This document shows, piece after piece, positions 1 to 7,140 of a stretch of DNA of 13,078 nt (position 1 is its first letter; each line of letters begins with the position of its first letter). The notes below the pieces were generated by a model that made no database searches, was not told where the DNA came from, and saw only the letters and a program-made list of their open reading frames with translations. A program made the position numbers and the translations under genes. This DNA comes from Myxococcota bacterium. Its GTDB lineage: Bacteria > Myxococcota_A > UBA9160 > PR03. The stretch lies in NCBI GenBank assembly GCA_041611735.1, contig JBFIML010000071.1, forward strand, positions 1 to 13,078. The letters are read 5' to 3'.

Positions 1-345
1 GGCTACGTGCTCAAGGACACGCCCGCGAGCGAGGTGATGACCGCGATCCGCGCCGTGAAGCAGGGGGAGTGCTATCTCTCGCCGGCGATCACCCAGCAGG
101 TGGTGGACGCCCTCACCCACCCGGGAGATCTCGAGAGCTCACCCCTGGCGTCCTTGACGGACCGCGAGCGGGAGGTGCTTCAGCTGATCGCTGAAGGGCT
201 CTCCAGCAAGGAGATCGCGGCCCAGATCGGGGTATCCCTCAAGACCGTGGAGGCCCATCGGGCCAACCTCATGGAAAAGCTCGGCATCCACAAGGTTTCG
301 AGCCTGGTCCGCTTCGCCATCCGCGAAGGTCTGGTCTCTCCCTAG
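1..345 (+). CDS. NarL/FixJ-family response regulator, 5'-truncated (end of receiver domain plus LuxR-type HTH)
   Basis: Frame is open from base 1: GYVLKDTPASEV...YLSP...LTDREREVLQLIAEGLSSKEIAAQIGVSLKTVEAHRANLMEKLG. It has the receiver Lys motif (GYVLK) and a classic LuxR/GerE HTH. Stop TAG at 343-345. Confidence 0.95.
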   Translation, partial: GYVLKDTPASEVMTAIRAVKQGECYLSPAITQQVVDALTHPGDLESSPLASLTDREREVLQLIAEGLSSKEIAAQIGVSLKTVEAHRANLMEKLGIHKVSSLVRFAIREGLVSP

Positions 346-421
346 GACTGGCTCCTCGGACCCACCTGAGGGCTCCCAGCCCCGCCGGGCGCGTACCCGG
401 TGGCTGCCCTTGCCCGTGGGT

Positions 422-592
422 CCATAGAAACCCTGTGGCCTTCGTTCCAGGAATGCTGGAATCATCCCGGGTATTTCCCGGATCCGCCATGAGGTGAAAA
501 AACTTAATAAATCCAGTGATCTAGGAATCATGGGCGGACCGCCTCCGCCGATGACCGGGTTGAAGCGTCACGGAAACGCTCGATTCCCGAGC
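422..592. promoter_or_regulatory. Cluster of short palindromes plus an AT-rich tract upstream of the second response regulator (putative operator/promoter region)
   Basis: CCATAG-AAACC-CTGTGG (422-438, 1 mismatch); TTCCAG-GAATG-CTGGAA (445-461); CCGGG-TATTT-CCCGG (467-481); GGCGGA-CCGCC-TCCGCC (533-549); GCTCG-ATTCC-CGAGC (578-592). AT-rich AAAAAACTTAATAAAT at 497-512. Function is inferred. Confidence 0.5.
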
Positions 593-608
593 AGGGAGGA
601 GGCGCGAG

Positions 609-1253
609 ATGAGGACCTCGATTCTCCTGGCGGACGACCATCGGATCGTTCGAGAGGGGCTACGGCGGCTCCTGGAGTCCCACCCGGGCTTCCAGGTGGT
701 GGCGGAGGCTTCCGACGGCGAGGAGGCCGTCAAGCTCGCCGAGGAGCTGCATCCGGACGTATGCGTGCTCGACATCTGGATGCCGCGGCTCTCGGGCATC
801 GACGCCATCCGCCGCATCCAGAAGAACCGCAACGGCACGCGCTGCCTCGCCCTCTCCATGCACGAGGGCCGCGGCTACGTGGAGGAGGCGCTACGGGCGG
901 GGGCAAGCGGGTACGTGGTCAAGACGGCGGCGGCCGACCAGCTGGTGGACGCCATCGAGACCGTGCGGGCGGGCCGGTCCTACCTCTCGCCCCAGGTGGC
1001 CCAGCAGGTGGTGGAAGCCATTGCGCGGCCCGGTGAGCCCGGCTCGTCGAGCCTGTCCACGCTCACGGGGCGCGAGCGCGAGGTGCTCCAGCTCATTGCC
1101 GAAGGGAATTCGAGCAAGGAGATCGCCGAGCTCCTCGGGGTCTCACTCAAGACCGTGGAGTCCCACCGGGCCAACCTGATGGACAAGCTCGACCTGCACA
1201 AGGTGTCGATGCTGGTGCGCTTCGCCATCCGGGCGGGGCTCGTCGCTCCGTAG
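609..1253 (+). CDS. NarL/FixJ-family two-component response regulator (REC + LuxR HTH), 214 aa
   Basis: ILLADDH acidic pocket, VLDIWMP phospho-acceptor Asp, LSMH, GYVVK, and HTH LTGREREVLQLIAEG...SLKTVESHRANLM. Strong SD GGAGGAGG just upstream of the ATG. Confidence 0.97.
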   Translation: MRTSILLADDHRIVREGLRRLLESHPGFQVVAEASDGEEAVKLAEELHPDVCVLDIWMPRLSGIDAIRRIQKNRNGTRCLALSMHEGRGYVEEALRAGASGYVVKTAAADQLVDAIETVRAGRSYLSPQVAQQVVEAIARPGEPGSSSLSTLTGREREVLQLIAEGNSSKEIAELLGVSLKTVESHRANLMDKLDLHKVSMLVRFAIRAGLVAP

Positions 1254-1257
1254 CCGC

Positions 1258-2097
1258 TCAGGCGGCCGCGCCGGCCAGCAGCAATGCCCCCAGGGAGCCC
1301 GCGAACTCGCCGTCGCGCAGGAAGTGCGGCGTCCGGCCCAGGGCCCGCGTGATCGTGTCGAGGATGCGAACCAGGGTCGGGTTGCGGCGCAAGGTCGAGC
1401 CGGCGAAGACGATGCGTTGCACCTGGTGGGTGGCGGCGAGCCCCCCGCACACGAGGGCGACGTTCTCCGCCACGAGCCCCATGAGTGCGTGAGCCAGGTG
1501 GGCCGGCTCCACCTGCTCTCCCGCTTCCAGGCGTCGGGACAGCTTCCCGAAGTTTGAGGCCGTGAGGTCCCCCGCCAGCGGAATCTCTCCGGCCCGATAG
1601 ATGTCCGACACGCGCAGATCCACCTCTTCGCGACGGCCCTGATCGGCCAGGGCAGTCAGCTCCTCGAAGCCGCCGACCCCGATCAGGCCGGCCCCGAGGC
1701 CGAGCAGCGTGCCGCCGCCCAGCGCGGTGCCTCCCACCCGCACGACGGCCAGCTCATCCACCAGCAGGACGGACGTCCCGGTTCCGAGGGACACCAGCAG
1801 GTAACGCCCCCCGGCCGGCTGCCCGTGGCGCGCCAGCAGCGCGGCCGCGCCGGAGCCCCAGGCCGCGAACTCGTTCACGTGGGCGCAGTCCACGCGGAGC
1901 AGGCGCGCCAGCTCGGCAGCTCCGCCGCCGGTGATCCCCACGCGCCGGGGACGTGCCGCGTGCACCCGGGTCGCCACCCGGGGCAGATCGTCCGCGGGAA
2001 CCAGCTCGAACGCGGGCTGGCCGCGCTCGGGCTGGCAGGCGAGCTTCGCGAGGGTCGCGCCCGCGTCGACGCCGACCGTCGTTTCCTTTCCCCGCAC
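1258..2097 (-). CDS. coaW: Type II pantothenate kinase (Fumble/ASKHA fold, Staphylococcus CoaW-like), ~279 aa
   Basis: Motifs GVDAGATLAK, ITGGGA, VNEFAAW (catalytic Glu), SLGTGTS, VGGTALGGG, DLRVSDIY, GDLTASNFGK, FAGS and GEFAGSLGAL are colinear with type II PanKs. I prefer GTG 2097 over 2121 because AAGGA lies 9 nt upstream and the first motif follows immediately. Confidence 0.88.
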   Translation of the reverse strand: MRGKETTVGVDAGATLAKLACQPERGQPAFELVPADDLPRVATRVHAARPRRVGITGGGAAELARLLRVDCAHVNEFAAWGSGAAALLARHGQPAGGRYLLVSLGTGTSVLLVDELAVVRVGGTALGGGTLLGLGAGLIGVGGFEELTALADQGRREEVDLRVSDIYRAGEIPLAGDLTASNFGKLSRRLEAGEQVEPAHLAHALMGLVAENVALVCGGLAATHQVQRIVFAGSTLRRNPTLVRILDTITRALGRTPHFLRDGEFAGSLGALLLAGAAA

Positions 2098-2153
2098 CGG
2101 GTGATATCCTTCGTTTTTCACGGGGTTGCAGCTACCGGTCGGATCTCGTCAGG

Positions 2154-3950
2154 ATGTATACCGCGTTCTACGGGCTGCGCGAGAAGCCCTTCGCGCTGAG
2201 CCCGGATCCTCGCTTCCTCTACCTCGCGGAGTCACACCGCGAGGCACTCGCTCATCTGCTCTACGGAGTCGAGCAGGGCGAGGGCTTCATCTGCGTGACC
2301 GGCGAGGTGGGCACGGGCAAGACGACGCTCTGCCGCGCGCTGCTGCGACGCCTCGGGCCGGACCTCGAGGTGGCGTTCCTCTTCAACCCCAAGCTGACCC
2401 CACGCGAGCTGCTCGAAGCCATGCACGTGGAGCTGGGCATCCGCAGCGAAGGCGACAGCCTGCGCGAGCTGGTGGATGCCCTCAACCGCCTCCTGCTCGA
2501 GAAGCGACGCGACGCCAAGCGCGTGCTGTTGATCGTGGACGAGGCCCAGGGGCTTCCGGCCGAGACCCTGGAGCAGATCCGGCTGCTCTCGAACCTGGAG
2601 ACCGAGAGCGACAAGCTGATCCAGATCCTGCTCCTGGGACAGCCCGAGCTCGACGCCATGCTCGAGTCTCCGTCCCTGCGCCAGCTCCGCCAGCGCATCG
2701 GCGTGCGCTGGCGGCTCGCGCCCCTGGCGCCGCGAGAGACTCGGGAGTACGCGCGTCACCGCCTCCAGGTGGCCGCGGGGGAGGAGCGGGACCTCCTGAG
2801 CGAGGCGGCGCTGCGGGAGGTGCACCGGCGCTCGGGCGGGATTCCGCGCCGTATCAACCTGCTGTGCGACCGCGCGCTCCTGGCCGGCTACGCCCAGGGA
2901 GCAGCGCGCATCGGCCCGGACCTGGTGCGACGCGCAGACCGGGAGCTGCGCGGTGTGGCGCGCCGGGGCTGGCGGGCGCGGCTGCGTCCGGCCCTGGTGC
3001 TCCCGGCTCTCGCCCTGTTCGTGCTGGCTGGAGGCCTCACCTGGCGCTTCGCCGCCTGCGCCGGCTCCCCTGCGACGAGCGTCGCCGCGGAGAAGGCTGC
3101 GCCGCCGCGCCCCGAGATCGCGGTGGCGGCGGTCCCTGCTGCGGAGCCCAGCCCGTCGGCGCTGGGCGAGCCGCCCTCCTCCGTCGGGCAGGACGCCGGC
3201 GGACCCGAGCCGCTGGGGGCCGAAGCGCTCGCGCCCCAGGCGCCGATCCCCGCCGTTGCGAAGGCCACGGGGCCGCCTGCGGGCCCCGAGCGGGTGGCGG
3301 ACCTGCCGCGCGTCCTGGCGGGTCGCCCGCCCGGCGCCACCGTGGCCGAAGCCCTATCTGCCGTGCTCCAGGCGTGGGAGCTCGATGGCTCCACCCGGAC
3401 CGTCGAGTTCGTCTCGTTTCCGCAGGCGCTCGGGGAGCTCGCCGCCCGGGGCTTCGCGATCCTGAGCCTGCCCCAAGCGAACCTGGCAGAGCTGCGCGCC
3501 CTCGGTCATCCCTCGCTGCTGATGCTCGAGGCGGCGGACGGCGTGCCGCGGGCGGTCGCCCTGCGCCGGATCGACGACGAGCACGCCCTGCTGTTCGGAG
3601 TGGCCGCGGAGCGCGCGGTGGAGGTGTCGCTCCGCGATCTGGCGGAGTCCTGGCGTGGCGAGGCCTACGTGGCGTGGCGCGATTTCGAAGCGCTTCCGGA
3701 GGTGCTGCGCTGGGGGGCCCGGGGTCCGGGTGTGGCGTGGCTCCAGCGGGCCCTCGCCGACCTCGGCTTCCTGCGGCGGAGCCCGAGCGGCGTCTTCGAC
3801 GACCCGACCTACTATGCGGTGCAGGCCTTCCAGCGCCAGCGCGAGCTGCTGCCCGATGGCGCCGTGGGTCCCATCACGAAGATCGCCCTCTACGATGCGC
3901 TTCCGCGCTACGTGGTCCCGCGCCTGGCGGGCTCGGAGGAATCGGGATGA
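2154..3950 (+). CDS. exeA: ExeA/GspA-family AAA+ ATPase with TM helix and C-terminal peptidoglycan-binding domain, 598 aa
   Basis: Family-typical N-terminus MYTAFYGLREKPFALSPDPRFLYL. Walker A GEVGTGKT, Walker B LLIVDEAQ, LLGQPEL, SGGIPRRINLLCDRALL, TM ALVLPALALFVLAGGLTW, and PG-binding segment GPGVAWLQRAL...AVQAFQ...DGAVGPIT. The true start is ATG 2154, not 1953. Confidence 0.93.
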   Translation: MYTAFYGLREKPFALSPDPRFLYLAESHREALAHLLYGVEQGEGFICVTGEVGTGKTTLCRALLRRLGPDLEVAFLFNPKLTPRELLEAMHVELGIRSEGDSLRELVDALNRLLLEKRRDAKRVLLIVDEAQGLPAETLEQIRLLSNLETESDKLIQILLLGQPELDAMLESPSLRQLRQRIGVRWRLAPLAPRETREYARHRLQVAAGEERDLLSEAALREVHRRSGGIPRRINLLCDRALLAGYAQGAARIGPDLVRRADRELRGVARRGWRARLRPALVLPALALFVLAGGLTWRFAACAGSPATSVAAEKAAPPRPEIAVAAVPAAEPSPSALGEPPSSVGQDAGGPEPLGAEALAPQAPIPAVAKATGPPAGPERVADLPRVLAGRPPGATVAEALSAVLQAWELDGSTRTVEFVSFPQALGELAARGFAILSLPQANLAELRALGHPSLLMLEAADGVPRAVALRRIDDEHALLFGVAAERAVEVSLRDLAESWRGEAYVAWRDFEALPEVLRWGARGPGVAWLQRALADLGFLRRSPSGVFDDPTYYAVQAFQRQRELLPDGAVGPITKIALYDALPRYVVPRLAGSEESG

Positions 3951-4768
3951 GCACGATCCTGAAGGCGCTCCGACGCCTGGAGGAGGAGCGTTCTGGAGCC
4001 CGAGCGGCGGCGCCGCGGCCCACGCTGCGCAAGGCGGGCGAGGCGCGGAGCTGGCGCGGCCCGGCGGCAGCGGGCCTGGCCGGGGTGGCGCTGGTCGCCT
4101 TCTTCGTGTGGACCCTGGGGCCGTGGCGCGCGAAGGGGCCCGACGAGGCCCCTTCCGAGACAGCGGCTGCGGAGCGACGCGAGCTGGCGCGAGCGGTCCC
4201 CCAGGCGGCACCGCGCGCGCCGGCGCCGCGGACGTTGCCGGAGCCCGCCGCCCTCGACCCCACGCTGCCGGTCCCGACGCCGCCGGATCCCGCCCGCGAC
4301 GCCGCGCTCCCGCTGCCCAGCCCGAGCCTGGCGTCGGCCCGGGCTGCGGCAGCGGTTCCGGAGCCGCCGCCCGCGCCCCGCTCGCTCGAGCGCTCCGCCC
4401 TCGAGCCTCCCCGGGCGGCCTCGACGGCCCGCCCCCCTCCCGCGCCTGCTCCGACCCCGGCCGAGCCGCCCACAGTGGCCCGGCCGAAGCCCCCGCCCCG
4501 GCCCGCGGTGAAGGCCCGGCGCGAGTCGCCTGCGCCGGCGCTGCGGGCCGTGCCGCGCGCGGTCCCGGACGTGCGGGTGGAGAGCACCACCTGGCATCCG
4601 GATCCGGCTCGCAGATTGGTGGTGCTCCGGGTGGCCGGGCGGGCCGCGCCCCTGCGGCTGCACGAGGGCGACGCCGTGGGTCCCCTGGTCGTGCTCGAGA
4701 TCGAGCCCGCCGCGGTGGTGTTCGCCAACGGCGAGGTGGAGCTGCGGAGGCGGGTCGGGGGGCCCTGA
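3947..4768 (+). CDS. exeB: ExeB/GspB-like membrane protein with Pro/Ala-rich linker and T2SSB-like C-terminal domain, 273 aa
   Basis: ATGA overlap with the exeA stop. N-terminus MSTILKALRRLEEE resembles the GspB MSxILxAL start. One TM (GLAGVALVAFFVWTL), a long Pro-rich spacer, and C-terminal VRVESTTWHPDPARRLVVL...LHEGDAVG. Confidence 0.8.
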   Translation: MSTILKALRRLEEERSGARAAAPRPTLRKAGEARSWRGPAAAGLAGVALVAFFVWTLGPWRAKGPDEAPSETAAAERRELARAVPQAAPRAPAPRTLPEPAALDPTLPVPTPPDPARDAALPLPSPSLASARAAAAVPEPPPAPRSLERSALEPPRAASTARPPPAPAPTPAEPPTVARPKPPPRPAVKARRESPAPALRAVPRAVPDVRVESTTWHPDPARRLVVLRVAGRAAPLRLHEGDAVGPLVVLEIEPAAVVFANGEVELRRRVGGP

Positions 4769-4780
4769 GGGCCCGCGGCC

Positions 4781-6256
4781 TCAGCGCACCAAGCGTCGCA
4801 GGGTCCGGTAGGTGACGCGCACCGCGCGCTCGAGCTCGACGATCGGGATGCGCTCGTCGAGGCCGTGCACGCTCGACACCAGCTCCTCGGGCAAGAGCGC
4901 CGGGAAGTAGCCGTACGCCGGCACGCCCCGCGCCCGGAAGTACTTGGAATCGGTTCCCCCTGTGGTCTGGACCGGCACCGTGACGCTGCCCGGGAGCTCC
5001 CGGGCCAGCTCCGCCTCCAGGGCCCGGAACAGCTCGTTCCCGGCCGGTGAGGCGGCCAGGGGGGCCGACCGGTCGCCGACCACGCGCCCGCGCCACTCCC
5101 GGTAGGCGACCACATCGGAGTCGGAGGTGAGCTCGATCCGGATCGCAGGGTCGTCGATCACGGCCCGGAGCCAGGCCAGGAAGGCGTCCGAGTCCGTGTC
5201 GGGCAGCAGGCGGACGTCGAGGGTCGCCTCGGCGCGACGCGGGATCACGTTGTGCTTGATCCCGGCGCGCAGGCCCGTCACGGCCACCGTGTCGCGCACC
5301 ATGGCGTTCAGGACGCGGTTCTCCTCGAGCCGGGAGCGTGCGAGACGCAGCACCAGGGGATTCTCCAGGTGCCGCAGGGCGAAGGAGAGCGGAAAGGCGG
5401 CGGAGTCCGACAGCCTTCGCATCGTCTCGCCCACCGTGGGCGTGATGCGGAGTGGAGTCGGGTGCGCCGCGAGGCGCGCCAGGGCCGCCACGAGGCGCTC
5501 CACGGCGGCGTGGCGCGGAGGCTGGGAGCCGTGCCCGCCCTCGCCTTCCACCCCCAGCGTCATCCAGGCCGAGCGCTTCTCGCTGGTGGCGATGGCGTTC
5601 AGGATCCGATCCCCGGTCATGGCGTTGCGGGTCGAGACCCCGCCTTCGTTCCACACCACGGCGGGCGGGCCGAGCTCGGACCAGTGGTGCTCCACCAGCC
5701 AGTCCGCGCCCAGCCCCGCCCCGGCCTCCTCGGCAGCGGTGGCGGCGAATACGACGTCGCGCCCCCGCTCGCCTGGGTGCCGGGCCAGCAGCGCGAGAGC
5801 CAGGGCGTGGGAGACGCCCTGCCCCTTGTCGTCCAGGGCGCCGCGTCCGTGCACGGCGCCGTTCCGGATCGCACCCGAAAAGGGCGCAAACGCCCAGGCC
5901 TCGGGCTCCGCGGGGACTACGTCCACGTGGGAGAGGAGCAGGATCGGCAGGCGCCCGTCCGGCGCCGTCGCGGCCAGGCGCGCCACCAGGCTGGCCCGAC
6001 CGGGCTCGGCGGCCAGCATTCGCGCGGGAATGCCCTCCGCGTCGAAGAAGCGCTTCAGGTAGACGGCCCCGGCCGTCTCCCGGCCCGGCGGATTGCTCGT
6101 GTCGACCTGCACGTAGCCGGCCAGCAAGCGGGCGGCCTCGGCGCCCACGGCCGTCCAGTCCGCGGGCTCGGGCGCCGTCTCGATGGCGCCCACCGGTGAC
6201 GCGGCCAGCCCGAGGACGAGGGCGGCGGTTGCGACGCGGGGGGCGCCTGGCCTCAT
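4781..6256 (-). CDS. M20/M25/M40-family metallo-hydrolase with predicted signal peptide, 491 aa
   Basis: Metal/catalytic motifs LLSHVDVVP, GRGALDDKG, AAEEAG, WNEGG, GGHGS, GGTDS and HGLDERI. N-terminus MRPGAPRVATAALVLGLAASPVGA is signal-like. ATG 6256 overlaps the upstream gene's TGA (ATGA). Confidence 0.93.
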   Translation of the reverse strand: MRPGAPRVATAALVLGLAASPVGAIETAPEPADWTAVGAEAARLLAGYVQVDTSNPPGRETAGAVYLKRFFDAEGIPARMLAAEPGRASLVARLAATAPDGRLPILLLSHVDVVPAEPEAWAFAPFSGAIRNGAVHGRGALDDKGQGVSHALALALLARHPGERGRDVVFAATAAEEAGAGLGADWLVEHHWSELGPPAVVWNEGGVSTRNAMTGDRILNAIATSEKRSAWMTLGVEGEGGHGSQPPRHAAVERLVAALARLAAHPTPLRITPTVGETMRRLSDSAAFPLSFALRHLENPLVLRLARSRLEENRVLNAMVRDTVAVTGLRAGIKHNVIPRRAEATLDVRLLPDTDSDAFLAWLRAVIDDPAIRIELTSDSDVVAYREWRGRVVGDRSAPLAASPAGNELFRALEAELARELPGSVTVPVQTTGGTDSKYFRARGVPAYGYFPALLPEELVSSVHGLDERIPIVELERAVRVTYRTLRRLVR

Positions 6257-7140
6257 CGCAAGGAGATCGAACCGTTCGAGGTGCGCAGCTTGATGGGCAC
6301 GCCACCCCGTCCGAGCGTCCCCGCCAGCCGGCCACTGCTGCTGCGCGTGCAGCGGCACAGGGAGCGCTGGTTTCGGATGAAGCCGTTGTCCACGCGCAGG
6401 TCCACGTCGGCGTCGACCTTCTCGGGCAGCTCGAGCACGATGCGACCGTTGCTCGTGGCGAGACGCGCGCCCTCCGGGCCCACGTCCTCCAGGGAGACGT
6501 GAATCAGCCCGTTGGAGGTGGAGGCGTCCACCGAGCCACGATGGCCCTCCAGGGAGATCTTGCCGTTGCTCGAGCGGGCCAACAGGCGCCCGGCCGTGCG
6601 CGAGCACGTGACCTTGGCGTTCGAGGTATGGATCTCCACGTCGCCCACCACGTCGTCCACCCGCACGGCCCCGTTGCTCGAGCGGGCGCGCAGCGACGAG
6701 CGCAGGCCGCCGACACAGATCTTTCCGTTCGAGGCGCTCACGTCCACGCGCAAGCCCCGCGGCGTGTGCAGCTCGAGGCTGGCACGGCCCCGCCGGTTCC
6801 AGCGGCGAGGCACCTCCACCTCGAGCTCGAGGGCGGAGCCCGTGTCCACGGTGGCGAGGCGGATCGCATCGACGAGGCGGCGGGCGGCGCTCTGGGACTC
6901 GGCCCGGGCGCTCTTCACGACCCGAACCTCCAGGTCATCCCGGTCTTCCCCGATCACCTCGGTGCGCCCGTTCGGGTTGTCGATGCGGAGGACGCCCGAG
7001 GCGGGTGCCGCGAAGCGCAGCGTTTCGGTGCCCTCGGCGCGTTCGTGCCAGGGGATCCCCGCCAGCAGGCTGCGCAGGAAGCCGCCGAGACCGGCGGATC
7101 CCGCGCAGTCGCCCGGATCGTCGCGCTTCGCCTCGCTCAC
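6253..7140 (-). CDS. DUF4097 / toast-rack beta-strand repeat protein, 295 aa
   Basis: About nine [TS]SNGx[IV]-type repeats: NPNGRTEV, ASNGKICV, SSNGAVRV, TSNAKVTC, SSNGKISL, TSNGLIHV, TSNGRIVL, VDNGFIRN, TSNGSISL. Ends in the typical LGRGGVPIKLRTSNGSISLR. GTG start overlaps the sirtuin stop (GTGA). Confidence 0.88.
   Translation of the reverse strand: MSEAKRDDPGDCAGSAGLGGFLRSLLAGIPWHERAEGTETLRFAAPASGVLRIDNPNGRTEVIGEDRDDLEVRVVKSARAESQSAARRLVDAIRLATVDTGSALELEVEVPRRWNRRGRASLELHTPRGLRVDVSASNGKICVGGLRSSLRARSSNGAVRVDDVVGDVEIHTSNAKVTCSRTAGRLLARSSNGKISLEGHRGSVDASTSNGLIHVSLEDVGPEGARLATSNGRIVLELPEKVDADVDLRVDNGFIRNQRSLCRCTRSSSGRLAGTLGRGGVPIKLRTSNGSISLR

Noticed and set aside
494..1036. 180-aa ORF starting MKKLNKSSDLG in the regulator intergenic region
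   Set aside because: GAG-rich sequence precedes the GTG, but the ORF runs out of frame through the response regulator as low-complexity sequence. The AT-rich start is better explained as promoter DNA.
2154..3000. AAA ATPase as a transposon TnsC/TniB/IstB helper
   Set aside because: It has a TM and peptidoglycan-binding domain and a coupled exeB. There is no transposase or terminal repeat.
2126..3946. 880-aa ORF read as a giant ExeB, and the 1953 start for ExeA
   Set aside because: The upstream parts are off-frame shadows of exeA or PanK. Family-typical N-termini begin at 3947 and 2154.
4760..4784. Inverted repeats at the exeB/M20 convergent junction (GGGCCC-TGA-GGGCCC; CTGAGG-N8-CCTCAG) as an intrinsic terminator
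   Set aside because: There is no U-tract on either strand, and the symmetry comes partly from the two facing TGA codons. The same applies to CCTGA-CGT-TCAGG at 11702-11714.
6270..6990. Recurring CCGTTGCTCG/CCGTTCGAGG-like nucleotide repeats as a CRISPR or DNA repeat array
   Set aside because: They are short, degenerate and in-frame, and simply encode the SNG repeats of the DUF4097 protein.
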